Part shown: positions 1 through 13,700 of the stretch, piece by piece
Layout: each line of letters begins with the position of its first letter
Position numbering within the stretch: the first letter of the stretch is position 1
Assembly (NCBI GenBank): GCA_030141605.1
Contig: JAQGDQ010000272.1
Coordinates: forward strand, 62,001 to 126,000
Direction: 5' to 3'
Origin: Tubiluchus corallicola
Taxonomy: Eukaryota > Animalia > Priapulida
DNA: 64,000 nucleotides
The notes under the pieces: model-generated
What the model was told of the DNA's origin: nothing
The model's database searches: none
Seen by the model: the letters and a program-made list of their open reading frames with translations, nothing else
Translations under genes and position numbers: made by a program

Positions 1-59
1 ATGTTCGTGACATGAGGCTACTCGCCTAAAGTTCTGCCTAAGGCACATTAATGATTGCA

Positions 60-393
60 GCGGATACATCAATTACCCAAGCTAATTTATTACTCCACAC
101 TCTTAGAGCATGCGTTTCTCATATTCTAGTATTCTAGAATCAAACGCTCAGCCTGCGCAGTCATCTTACATATAGCATCAGTTATTAAATCGTTTGTCAT
201 CAATGCTTCCGTCACATGAGACAAGTTGGTTGCTGCTGAACATTCTGATATTTCAGTAATCTATTAAAACAATGTCTAAGGCGCAACGGTGAATTTCGAT
301 TGGCGATACTTATCTGGTTTACACAATAAGTTGCAATAACGGCATGAAAAGATGGCGTTGTTAGTTCCCGGACAGCCGGGTTCATAGGTGAGT
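60..393 (+). promoter_or_regulatory. Putative promoter and non-coding first exon of copy A
   Basis: Alignable by eye to 31410-31800. Conserved CTGCGCAG palindrome (153-160), TATA-like TACATATAG (167-175), conserved donor AG|GTGAGT at 388 that can pair with the acceptor at 7316-7317. Confidence 0.55.
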
Positions 394-1399
394 AAACTTT
401 CACAGCATTTTACAGTGCATGGTTTGCAATATTTTTAGTATTTGCTGGTCTCATTACGAGCTCAAAGGACCCTAAGCGCTGAAGAATTATGGTACCTCAC
501 GTGTGTGTAATTCAGAATGAAAAAAAGTTGCAGTAAGATTTATTTACAGTAAATGCTAGGGCATCAGCTTTACATTGCTTAAAAAGTGATATTAGATAGA
601 AAATACATCTTGCAATGTGTTACGACACATTATATAATCAATTAATATCATGTCATCATGGGCAGTAAGCAGCTCAAGCTACTCAGTAGCCAGAACCTCG
701 ATGTCCATCCCTACCGTCATATTCAAAACAAACACGTTAACTGCCACACATACGTATTTCGATATGTTTTACTATTGGGTAATTATTCAATTTGAAAAAA
801 CAGTGTGGGCTCTCTTCCCCTGAGCTCCCAAGAACGTGCTAATTTTACTTTAATCCAAGGCTGAGGATTTGGAGTACAAACATTCTACAGGTTAAAATGT
901 TTCATTTTTCTCAATAGATGTTACTACGTTTTGTATACTAGCGCCATTACTAGCATTCTTTACACATTGATTGAACAAGCTAGTGCATCTTTAATTATCG
1001 ACTGTGTGGAAGGTATTAAATAGTGGTATAAGTACACGATTTTTTAAAGTATATATTCAGAGAGTTTAAAGTCCTACTATTGTATAAGCACGATTATTCG
1101 AAAAAAATTAAAAACTGCAGCGTCGAACTACATTAAAAATGGTAGTTCATTAATTTATTATTTCCGTACCATCGTATGAAAGAGGTGGAAAATGAAAAAC
1201 TATGAAGCATAAATAGTCTGAACTTAGTGGAAATATTGCCATAGCTTTATGCAAGCTCTTCCTTTTAATGCAGCGTGTTTTAAACCATTTCAGTAGCCGA
1301 CAATAAAAAGACGTCACAACGAAAATGCCACATATTGTTGTTGACGTCACGGTATAGAAGCTCAACATTTCCATTTCATTTCTGGAGTCACACATCCTC

Positions 1400-1820
1400 T
1401 GACATGACTCTTAGACCACGCTGCCTTGTCACCCACAACCTCCTATGTATTTTTGATATCTAATGGTGTGTTGATAAGATCTTTTTAGATGAAATTAATG
1501 TAAGCCAGCAGCTGTTCTCCTTGTGGTTCCTTTTCTTTCTTGAGTACTTCTTTGAATACTAGTTTTAATGAGCTGTCATCTCGTCGCCGCATAACATGTC
1601 CTATTTATCTTTATCTTCTCCTTTTGATTTTAACTGTCCATTCTTCTGCCTTGACCTTATTATGCAGATCCTAGTTTGATATTTTCTTCGGCCATTTTAT
1701 TCCTAGAATGTTCCTGTAGCTTCTTCTTTGAAATGTATCTATTTCTGATTTGCGATGTGCTTTGATTTTACACATTTCTGAGTTCTAGAGACACACAGTT
1801 TCCACAAGAAGCTTAACAAT
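1400..1820 (-). mobile_element. Degenerate 3' remnant of an RTE-like non-LTR retrotransposon ORF
   Basis: Minus strand reads RNILGIKWPKKISN*DLHNKVKAEEWTVKIKRRR*R*IGHVMRRRDDS, typical of LINE ORF2 C-termini, with stops. Confidence 0.65.
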
Positions 1821-3206
1821 GTATTACAAAATTTGTCGTGAATTTAACACTTGAGTAATTATTATTGTATGCAGACTAATGACACGCATGGCCACACTAT
1901 TATTCTTATAAAAATGAACGAGAGAGGTTGACAATGTTTCTAGTGATTAACAACTTTTCTTCAATAATAACACCCTAAATTCCTACTTATGCTTGCTGAT
2001 TTCGTGATGGCTTATTGCAAACATTTTCCATGGTCCATAACTAGTCCATAGGGTTCTTCAAAAGAGTGACATTCAAAAGAATGACATTCAGAACACTGAA
2101 TTGTCCATTCGATCAATTTTCACTGCCCGTTACTTTACGCATAACTTCTTGCTGAAGGTGTGTTCAGTAACTTCTTTTTATTTCTGAAATGGTGCCAAAA
2201 GACTCGTATGAAAACGTGCTGCAATAAGTTAGCGGCCATCCATTTTGAAGGGTTTCTGCTTGATGCTTTTCCTAGCTATTGAAGCGGGTTTCAGTCACGC
2301 GTCTAGAGTAGGTATCCTGCTATAAAATACTGCCAATGTTTATGATGAAGCCAAATACAATAGAAAAGTAAATGATCTTGTCTCCTGCTTGTTACATCAC
2401 ATATTTGTGTAGTATCTTATTTCATCAAAATTATCATGAATTCAGTACACTATAATCAAAATCTGATACAGAGCACGTTTTTGATGCGGCTTCAATGACA
2501 TGTGCAAATTCTGTTGTTGTATGAATAGCAAAATGGGCAGTATGTTGCATTCACTTACGCAAAACCACTGGGGTTGTAATGGCGCATCGTATTTTGGGTG
2601 TTTTACTAGAATGGCGATGGTGAGTGCTGAGGTATACTGGAATGTGTTAGTAGAGTGGTAGTGATGAATTGTGCTGTGGGTGTCTCACTGAAGTGGTATA
2701 GTGGTGAATTAAGCATTAGGTGTGTTACTAGAGTGGTAGCATGAATCTCTGTGTGAATAAAAAACATTTTTTATTACGCCTAAAAGGTAGCTCTTAAAAT
2801 TTTTCGAGCGTATTCACTTGCAATAGGTAAGCTGCTACTAAAGCTCTGGAAGCCACAATTCTATCACTTGTGAATAATTAAATAAATATTGACACAAGGC
2901 TATCAGTTTTTACGAAAAATGTTGAAATGCTCACTGAAAAATTCTTGAATATTGTTTCAGAAATAGATTAAGAACCCACAAACATTGTCATTACAGTGCC
3001 GATATCATTACAGTTCAGGAAATATTTGTCTAATGATTTGCGACAGTTGCTCGCTCATAATTCACCACATTCAGCCTAAATTGATTGAATTGTCTAGCTT
3101 GAAAACGAGAGAATCTTTCTGTGCGAAAAACAAAGCATTTGGTCAATAAGCAAGCCCAGCTCACAAGGTCAAGGTCAAGGGCTTAATGAGAACATTAAGT
3201 TCGATA

Positions 3207-3447
3207 CAATAAGCCTTTTCACAGTTCCAGCGATTGATCATGATCGTGAAAAGATCAACGGTTTTGTGTACCAGGCAACGCATTTATGTACACTTGACAA
3301 TACCTCGAAGCCTTGATGCAGCAGACGGCTTTGCTTTATTCACATGTCACGTGATGGCTGTAGTTAAGATGCGTTGCTGTGGTACACCTAACCTTTGACT
3401 TTTACAGCAATTGCGTGTGCGCACAACGAAACTGTGAAAGGGCTTAC
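3207..3447. mobile_element. MITE, short copy (family shared with 52078-52486)
   Basis: Terminal inverted repeat AATAAGCCTTTTCACAGTT..AACTGTGAAAGGGCTTA; internal sequence matches the 52 kb copy. Confidence 0.75.
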
Positions 3448-4934
3448 TCACAGGGTAAACTGGGCTACATTTTTGTAGGATATCATTTCCTGACTGAAAT
3501 TTTAAAGATGTTAACCGGATCTGGAGCTTGAGGTTCGTAGGCAGGCATCAAACTGCTTTTCTTTCACTGAAATACCAAACCAGAATGGCTTATCAGTGTG
3601 GTTATCGTTTTGCGATTTTACATAAAAAGGAAACTGTGCGTTTAATTTAGACATCCTGACCTTGATTTTAAACAATAACACAAATGCAACCATAAAATTT
3701 ACCCCTTCGTTAAATAACATGAACAAAACACTTCAGGATTAACAAGAATTAACACTTCGAAAACTCCGTGTCACTTCCAGCCGGGTTTATTTGTACTAGC
3801 TGAAACTTTAGTTATATTGGACAGACAGAGTGCCGCTTTAGAACGAGAACTGCAGAACATCTAGGCAAGTTTCCTCGTTTAGGTAGGCTTCTGACTACCC
3901 CCTACACTCTGCTATCCGTAACTATTGTCAAAAGATGGGCCACCCATATAAAATTCGAATTTTAAAGGCTGATAGGTCCAAAGACATATTGATCAGCTTG
4001 TTTATGTGTCCTCATCAGAGGGGAAAACAATCTCTGAACACTATTGGCTCCTCGATCTCATTAAACGTTTTCCAATAGTACTACATTGTTTTGATTTTAA
4101 TTAAAGAAAATTCACTAGATCGACAGTTTTCTCGCCATTTTCAAGGCCACAAGCAACATTTTGTACTGCTTAAGACATTTCTGCCTATCCCAGAAAGAGA
4201 CGTTTTGTTTGTTTTTCTTTTGCAAAAGGATGAATTCAATCATTTTATTTGCGCTGTTGTTTAATTTAGATGCAAGTGTCGACAGCAGTATAAAAATCGA
4301 TGCTAGATCGTGTATAGTACTGTGGATGGAGCTTTACTGTAAGATTTATTAATTTTCAAGTAATAGGTTACTCGTATAGGTTACAGCTTTTGTGTACAAT
4401 AGGAATCGAGAAATGATCACAGCCCATAATCAGTTAATAACATGTAGATAATCTCAACAAAGTCGTTTTTATTCGTTCGTTTGTTTGTTATACCTTCCAT
4501 TTCTTTCTTTCTCTCTCTCTCTCTCTTTCGAAAAAATATATGGTTTTTATACGTTAGTACACATTCTTTTGTCATATTCTTATTACTCGTATTTTATTTG
4601 TATAGCTTCATTCTATGGTACAAAAGAATGCAAGAAGAGCTTTGCATGTGGTGGGTGGGGAGTTCTTTATCAGACTGCTAGGCTAATACGCGGTGCTTTA
4701 TTGTATTTGACCAGTAGAATAAATCAATATGTAGGATATACATGATAAATTACTGTGGCACACGCTCTGTATGTAAACAAATGCTTGGCTAACTATATAG
4801 GGGTAATATAGGCCTAATAATGAAATAATCGTAACATATGTATTTCCTAACCCACAGGCTAGAAAGGTTGGAGAATCAAAAAGAGGGTTGGAGAATCAAT
4901 AGGGTTGTTACAACTCCTGATCTTGGGCGAAGTC

Positions 4935-5170
4935 TCATAAAATTCGCAAACACGTGCAACACGCTCGTGAAATATTTTTGCTGTTGAAAACTATGTTTGC
5001 TTGTGATGTCATCAACAGTTGGGCTCGCCCGCCGTTAATTAAGATTTTAATCTATTATTTAATTATCAGAAACGCTTTTGCAGTATTTTTGGTGTTAAAC
5101 TGTATACGTTTTACCATACTTGAAAATGGGTTAGTATATGAAAAATCATCCTGTCTTCCTTTAAGTTTTG
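4935..5170. repeat. Dispersed repeat (inverted copy near 56650-56860, fragment near 7145-7205)
   Basis: Shared TTTTGCTGTTGAAAA..TGTGATG..TTAATCTATTAT..GAAAATGGG..ATATGAAAAATCAT; the ORFs 4954+ and 56651- are similar because of this repeat. Confidence 0.7.
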
Positions 5171-7359
5171 AAAACGGAAATACGTCTTACATGTCATTAA
5201 AACGTTAACAGCTAAGCTAAAAACAGCGGATTTTCTCTCTTAAGTAAAATAGTAAAATTATGAATTTAAATTTAAACAATTACATCGCTTCATCATTTAA
5301 GCTGACCAACTTCTGTTGCAACGGCAAATGCTCCAGTGCAAGCCTTCTTTCGGCTTAGCTTTAATTCACACAACATAAACTGTCTGCAAAAATCTCGAAG
5401 ACGTAAGAAATGCATTGAGACTGGGGAGAGGGGGGAACTCCAAAAACTGATGTACACTGCTTGCACTTTTGCAAGTTTTACGCTTTTACGGCTTTTTTAG
5501 AGTCTAAAATCAAGAAATTGTGCTACTTCGTGGTTTAATTATCTTGATTTTTTGTTTCTGGAAAGGTATCATAAGACGATCCCTTAGCTGACCATTGACT
5601 CCTGGTTTCGGTTCGTGACGAGATGACATCCCTAGGAATCAAAAAGAGATTTTAATGCAGAAAGGGTTATTTCAATCACCTAGTAGCTGCAAGCAGAAGC
5701 AGACAAGCAAACGCTTTTTTGCAAAAATTCATTTCTCGTTTAAGGCAATCAGTAGGATCCAAAAGATATAGATCGTAGTTGACCGATTCACATTCGTTCT
5801 ACAGGCTGGATTAAAACGACCACACAGGCATAGGTTTAGTGAACTAAGATTGACAGCAGGCACTATTAAAACTTTACAATTATTAAAAGTTAAAAACTTC
5901 GTCGTACAAGAAACACAAGGCAGCCAGTGAAAAGAAGTAGGCCTAATGCAATTTCTCAATATTGAAATCTTGAATTTTGAAATTTTAAAACAGAATTATT
6001 CGCCCCGAAAAAACAAAAAAACGGTTTTTTTGCCCTGAAAATGTACAATTCATTTACCCTGGGGATGGCAACCGCCGTGACCACCACCTCGCACGCTTAT
6101 GCGTGACACAGGAGTGTTTGTGAATGAAGAATTTCAAGACTAGTTTAGAAAATCAATGTTTCTGCGCTCTCTAACCTGCACTTAGTATTAAACCATAAAA
6201 GCATTCACAAAAAGCAAGCATTAATATAACTACCGAATATTACCACATACAGTAAACCACCCAGCTCGTTTATCGTTACCAAAATTTCTTGACTTTCTTA
6301 GAAATTAATTATATTAGTTAAAAATCATTATTTAAATTACTTAACCGTTATAGGTGTAGTGCATGATAACGGTTTAACTACTGAACTACTGAACTGGTGT
6401 ACACTGGCGACGTTTTATGTAAAAGTGGATACTGTTTTTAGTTTACTGTGATTGTTTGAGAGTTTTTGCTAAACAACAGCAAGACTGGCGGCGTCCTTTT
6501 GCTGAATACACTGTTAAAAAGAAAGAGTTTAAAAACTGAGGTAATCGTTAAAACAACAGCCAGGCTTACTTTCTCGTTCACCGCTCGGACGTACATTATC
6601 AGAACGCTGCTATAGTTAACTCTGTGTAATCCCTGTTTTTGCATTTAGTATGAAGACAATGTATGTGTCTCGCAAATGCTCCTTCTCTTTGTAAGCTTTT
6701 CGATCTAGAAGCAAGATTCTTATTGAAAAAACCATTAAAGACAGTTTTGATTTTCTTATCATCGTCAAATACTAAGCTAGGAAGGTTATATCAATTTACA
6801 TTCGACGTAAAAAAGTTATCAAATTTCTATAGCACTATTATCAGTTAAATAATAAAAATATTTCTCAGCCTTGTTTGACAAGTTGACACACCTCACAAGC
6901 GTTCATGTGTACGAATGTGTATAATGCATACCACGTGAAATTCGTTACCAGAAGAATTTTTAATTTACCGTAAACCATTTTTTTCTGCTGAAGGGTTTAC
7001 TGTCTGTACTAAACCCTTCGCACGTGACGGGCAAAAGGTTTCTTACAATAGTAAACCCTTTTGTTGCAAAGAAACCCTTTAGAAAAACCTATTTTTACAG
7101 TGTACTTACCAGCAGAAGAACAAAAACCGGACGTTAGAGGAAAATAAAATGTATACTTTTTATCGGACTTGAAAATGGGGAAAAATCATCCTGTCTTCCT
7201 TTAAATTCTGAGTAGAGTGTGTACTACAGTATTTTATCAAATACGCACGCACCTATAGATGTATTTAGCCGCTAGAAGCTGTTGGCAAAAGTTGTAACAT
7301 TTATATTTTTCTTTCAGAAAAAAAGCGAAATGAAGCATCCGAGTTAAGAACTGCTCAGT

Positions 7360-7703
7360 ATGTTGGCTTCAATACATCGTCAAACTCGTACTTGCATCAT
7401 CTACTGGATTTTGCTACGGATGTGGTCAGAAAGTCTAGTCCTGTCACTCGACCCAAGAACTTTGAGTGGCGCTGGCGCTTCCTTTCCAAATAAGGTGTAC
7501 CAGACTTGGGTGAAGATTTACCAGTCAGAGAGGGAAAAGTGGTTGTACTTGACCACATATTACTTAGCAGTTGGAAGTGGTACAGGGAAGGATTGGATTA
7601 AGAACAACAGCAGCCTCATTGATTATGCAGGAAGTGACAGCTTGCTCTCAGAGAGTGATTACCAGGAAAATCCGGATTTAGAAATGTTTCCTAGTCTAAT
7701 AGG
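7360..7703 (+). CDS. Copy A coding exon 1: signal peptide plus start of PstS-like domain
   Basis: Acceptor tttcAG at 7316-7317, ATG 7360, hydrophobic CIIYWILL, then TLSGAGASFPNKVYQTW..AVGSGTG..IDYAGSD..MFPSLIG; donor GTAAGT at 7704. Confidence 0.9.
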
Positions 7704-10700
7704 GTAAGTGGAATGATCCTACGGGAAGACTTTGTTTAAATAATAGTCGGTAGGTTGATAAGTGTAGTCTGTAACTTGGGGTGACTTCGCTTTTACATTA
7801 TTTTTGTTGTTGATCTTCACCGTCATTCATTTCCACTTCTGTTGACAAAGCAATCTTTATAGAGTGTTTGATGGTACTGCCCGATTGTTTCAACAACTGT
7901 CATTAAATCACAATATTTTTGCAAATATGGATGCCATATTAAAATGTGGACTTATCACAACATTCTACCAATATTTTTTATCAATATATGTAAACCATGT
8001 GTTTCCAATAGTGGACGGTGCTTGTGGGATGTTGCTCTTGCAGTCACCGTTGTCGCTATCGTCTCGAAGCTACTACTGTCAATGCCAACAAAACCAACGG
8101 TTGTGCCTCGCCTTGTTACATTAATTCACGTCACAGATTCATAAATTATATTGCCACCAATTATTTTGATTTGAAACCAGCCTTACGTTGTTCATCAAAC
8201 CACTTTAATGGTAGATGCTGTCAGAACTCTTATCATTAGTTCATAGGCACTGATAGGTCGGTCATGGTACCCGTTTTTCTGTTGCTCCTCATTACCACCC
8301 TGGACATTTCAAGATGCAGATCAGACAATGTTTCCTCGGACCCCTTTATCTGTGGAATTCTTTATCACAATTCGGTTTCTGAATTAACTACAACTCATTC
8401 ACACTCGAGAAGAGTATTCCCAAGTATTCTGTTTTTTTTGGACGTGCATTCATATTACCAAATTTCTACACAGCCCACTTATCCTGAGTGGTCGCTGGCT
8501 TTGTTTTGGCGACTAGAAGCACAGCAGCAACAACCACAACGACAACAGCAGTAGCAACGATAGCATTAACGACAGTAGGAGCAGCAACACACAAAGATAG
8601 TAAAAGTATGCGACTATAATCCCTACTGCCCAGGGAGCACACAAATTTGGTCACAATCTTGTTAGGATCTTGACAAAAATACGTTTAGAAAATATTGTCA
8701 CTATGGTGCCTTATAGGATATTTTTGTCAAATATAGGATATATACAATAATATTGGTACAACATCACACAAACACGGTTTACACATATTGATAAGAAATA
8801 TTGGTACAATGTTGTGGCGAGTCCATATTTCCGTATAGTATCCATATTTGCAAAAAAATTTCTGACAACATTGGTACAATATTGTCGCGCTGCCTTGGTG
8901 GTTTTATCATTTAAAATAGTTGTTGAAACAGCAATGGCATATAAAGTTAATCGAGCAGTACTATCAACACTTCAGATGCAGAAGCAGAAGTAGCAGCAGT
9001 AGCAGGACGAGCAGCAGCAGAAGCAGTAGCAGTAGAGGGACCACCAGCAGTAGAAGCAGCAGAGAAGCAACAGCAGTAGAGGGACCAGTAACAGCAGCAG
9101 AAATAGCAGCAACAGTAGCAGGACCAGCAGCAGAAGCAGCTACAGTAGCAGGACCAGCAGCAGCAGTAGTAGGACTAGCAACAGCAGAAGCAGCAACAAA
9201 AGCAGAACCAGCAGCAGTAGCAACAGAACAAACAGCACCAGCAGCAACAGCAGCGGCAATGTTGCAGCTAGCTAGAATAGCATTTAACAGCAGCGATGCT
9301 ACAAGGACAGAGGCAGTAGCAAAAGAGCAACAGTGCCAGCAACTGCAGCAGCATATTAGCAACTATACCAATAAAGCAACCTTTATGCTAATCACTCTGT
9401 TATGTTAGCGTATTTGTACTTTGCACCAATAATTATTGCAAAACGTTTGACAGATTTCGCCAAAGTGTATCAGTCACAAAGAATCATTATAACATTAATA
9501 TACGTAAATGACAAGTTTGCATGTAGGCGGATGTCTATAATAAATACTTCAATGTCGACAGGAAAATCTGCACACGTAATTGCTCTTAGAGCTCTCAAAA
9601 TCCTCACAGAATTTTGCTTCAAGTAAGCACAACGATCAAGTGTGCCATCCGTTCTGTCAAAACTGCATGTTTTCCTAATTAAAAATTTAGCACAACTGGC
9701 ACACAGGAGTACCGCAGGGAACGCACTACGCCCTATCTTATTTACTTTACTAGTATTCGCGAAGCAAAATGTAAACGTTAAAATAAAGACCAAGCCTTCT
9801 GTAAAGTCAGGCTTATTTCAATGTTCGCGAAAAATGTTAAAAGAATTTAGTAATAAAAGTGCGATAAGCGCCTCGTGTCATTAGTAAAATCACTTTAAAA
9901 TCGCGATCATTTCACTTTTTGGGCGCTCCAATTTTAAACGCCCGTTCTTCCGCCAATGACAGCATTCATCGGTTGAAGAAAAGCAGTGCACTGCCTGTTT
10001 CCATCAAAAGTACGATGAGTTTTTACAAAAAATTAGAGAGGCAATCCAATTTGCGAATTTTTGCATGAAAATAAGGTAAGCTATAGAAGTTTGAAATAGT
10101 TTAAGCAGGGCGCACTTACGGAAAGCCACGATACGCTTACAAAAAGTCGCGAAATCCATCAGTTTTATCGTCAATTTCTAGAGAATGGGCTGTCAAGATT
10201 TCTATGCAGCGATAGTATAAATCAACTTTGTTTTATAAACAGTTTTGTGCAAATTTCGTGTTATATTTTTCTTAGTTTAAGTGATAACAATAAAATAAAC
10301 CCAGCATGCTAAATGACTTGTCTTTTTCTTCAATTTAAATAAAATGCACTCTGTAAATCGTGTTCCTCTGACAACGACAGGGCCCTTTTATAATATTCTG
10401 AGATAAGACACCAATTCGGCCACGGTGCATCAGCCATCCATTCTCAACAAGGGCAGTGCGGCAAAAACTGTTACAGCCCAGAAACAGTTACCATGACGGT
10501 CACCTATAAATTTATTGACAGGCTCAGCATTGCTTAAGTTCTGTCGTTCAGCACATACCATTGACTACTCGGTTGTTTTCAGTTTATCCAGGTTAACAGC
10601 ATCTCATCCTGGCATATGGGGTCCTCCTTGAATTAATTTCAGATTTCTGGATCGAACTCAAAAGCATGCTGGTTTTCCTAATTCCGAAGTGGCCAACACG

Positions 10701-13700
10701 TTATGTTTTTAATTAATTTGTGAAGCAGGAGTACCAATCTGTAGTGTCTTGTGTCTAACACTGAAAATAGAGTTGTGCTGTTTATCTTTGCTGTGAGACG
10801 CATTTTAAAATAGACTAGAGCATGCAGTATTTCATGCTAAAGAGTAGCGAAATAATAAGACAGTATTTCAAAATCATTTGCCTAAATGTGCGTCAGTGCT
10901 TTTTGAAATGACATCTGTGACTATTAATCTTTTAATTTACAAAGAAGGCGTGAGAATCTGACGTCTTCCAGATTATGGGACACCTTAGTAACCATCTGAT
11001 TCCCAAGAGTACCCCGCATGTCAGAAGGAGATAATCGAAAAGAATGTGTAATTAACCTAACAAGTGAGTGTGTGCTGAATGACAGAAGTTAGGTAACATC
11101 GATTCTGTCAATAAATTGATGAGCGACTGCGCAGGAAAACTGTTTTCTGGGTCTTAAGCTGTTTCTTCTGCCGTGCTAATAAATAAATGTTAAACAAATA
11201 TTTTGTAGCGAATCCGGATTACAGCGCGGATCTGTCTCAGGATGTATAGAGCGGCATACAAGTTATGAAATACTACAGCAGGCGAGAAAAGTAAAAAGAT
11301 CCTGAATACGAATGTAAAATAAACTTTAATGCATAACCAGTAGCTCCATGACGTGTGAACAGACTTCAGACTTTGTATAAAAATTAGCAAGGCTACAGCA
11401 TTCACCTTTACAGACAGTTGATTATAAATCCATTTCTCTGTGGAAGCAGATCAATGATCCACTTGTGAATGCGGTGTAGCGCAATCTATCGAGATTGTCC
11501 CAAAGAAAAACTGTACAGTATTTTTTTAAACAGAGCAGAAATCAGTCTTTGCACATGCAAACGTTGAAGCTCAATTCAATGAATGCGTAGTTTGTGCAGT
11601 TGGTTGTGCAGAGTTGGTGGTTCTTGTGCTTGTGTTTCTTCCATCAGATTTATAGTTCTCCTACTACCCGCTATATGGCAAGTTAGGTATCAGTCTCTCC
11701 ACTTTATTTCTTTGTTCTGTTTTCCTTTAATTTGTTTAAAATCTTTTCATGGTTAGTTTAGGCCATGTAATATTTAAATCACTTTCCAGTTAAATCTTCA
11801 GCGTTATTTAATTCAGTTTCGTTTAATTGTGGTTATGTGGAAATCATTATTAGGCTGCTCCGCCTCCGTACCTGCAGGCCCGAACCACCCCCGGGTGGCG
11901 AGGAGCCACCAGCAGTTCAGTGGTTAGTGTTACGAAGTTTAGTTCAGTTCAGTGTTTATGTTAAATAAGTAAATAAATAAAGCGATGGTAAATAAATGTT
12001 TCTTTGTCTTTTGTCTTGCTGCCTGCAGTTATTTACCTGTTTGGGGGTGGATGGCTGAGACGCTTTATTTAATGTCTTATAATCTGTATTAAATGGCCCC
12101 GCTAGATACCAGATCCTGATTTGCAGAGTGTATCGTATTTAGATGAACGTTCAGATTTTCGTTTGCTAATATTAGAAAAGTAAATAAAATGGGACATAAT
12201 GCATTCCCCTGCAGTACTCCACCATACATGCTGTGCTAAAACTTGATTAGGAGAACCAGCGTGAAACATGTTACCTACTGCCTCATCGGTCGACTCATAA
12301 ATTATGTCCTACTGTAGGTAACATATTCCTTTTAATAATGAATTTTGTTTTCTCAGGGCGGTTGTGGTAGTTTTCAATCTGGGTACTCGTGTTCCAGCTC
12401 TGAACATGACTCGCGAAGGCCTAGTTGGTATTTACAATGGAACAATCAAGTGGTGGAATCATTCTGCATTGCAAGCAGCAAATCCTCAGATAACTCTACC
12501 TTTCAGAAGAATTAAGGTAGATACAACAATGGTAAAATCATGGGAAAAAATTCTGAGTGAGAGATGAAAGGACTCATAACTCGTATAAGTCGATGGAGAA
12601 ATCGAATTCTCAAGAGAAAAACAACTGCCAATACCCACTTAAGCAAATACGTGCCCATATATTCCAACACTGTCATCTGCAACGTATCAATCATAACATG
12701 GTCATGATCATGCAATTCTACCTAATAAAATGTAATATATATAAGTTAATATTTAGATCCAGCAAACCCCATTGTGAAATCCATTTCTAAACATTAATTT
12801 ACAGATCATGTAGTACATTGCCAAATGACAGAAAAACTAAGGTTATGTTACAACAACATAATTCATTCTGTCACTAAAGCCTGTGGGTGGCAATTGGAGA
12901 AATGTTTGCACCAACACATAACAACATGCTGTTTACTATTTAGAAACTGAGTTGTTTGCTTCTCACAATGTGGATTTGTGGACGCCAATATTTAGTTTTT
13001 GTATATTATATTTTTATTAGGTAGAATTGCGTGATCATGACTATGTCACCATTGAAACGTTGCAGATGACTGTGTTGGAATAAAGGATCATGTCCTTGTT
13101 TAAGTCTGTGCTGGTAATTGTTTTTATCTTAATAACTAGTGTAAATTATGTGCCATAGTGTAACGTACAGTTAGCACAGTGTGTCGGTTTTCTAATTTAT
13201 GTTTCATACAGTCATGCACAATTAAGATGGCTATCTGCAAGGCCTTTTCAAAAGTGGCAGGTGTAGCCTAAAGTATGATGGTAGTATGGTAACACTAATC
13301 CACGCATAAAAATTTTCGACTGTGCCCTTTGGAGACGTGTGGAAAACGAGCTAACCTTGTAAAAAAACCCTTACGGATAAAAATTAGCTATAAAAATTAA
13401 ATCTAATGGTAGAAAACATTCTCATCTATATTCTTGTAAAATCATATCAACATTTTACACAGGTGATAGCTCGAAAAGACGTGTCAGGTACCACAGAGAT
13501 ATTCACGAGTGCACTGAGTGCGTTCAGTCCTGAATGGAATGCCACCTATGGTACCTTCAATGACGGCATTGAGGACGATTGGACAATGAAATGGCCAAAT
13601 GACACTATTGAATTTGCTGGACAAAGGAGTATTGGAGTATCAGGGTTGGTCTTATCCATCGAGAACACTGTGGCTTATGTGTCGCACGCTGATGCTATTG

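Noticed and set aside
4690-4795. Segment shared with about 35928-36030, upstream of coding exon 1 in both copies, as a conserved enhancer
   Set aside because: Opposite orientation and non-homologous surroundings fit a dispersed repeat better.
8920-9408. ORFs of 162 aa (+) and 132 aa (-) rich in Ser/Ala/Leu
   Set aside because: Artefacts of the AGC trinucleotide tract; not conserved as ORFs in copy B intron 1.
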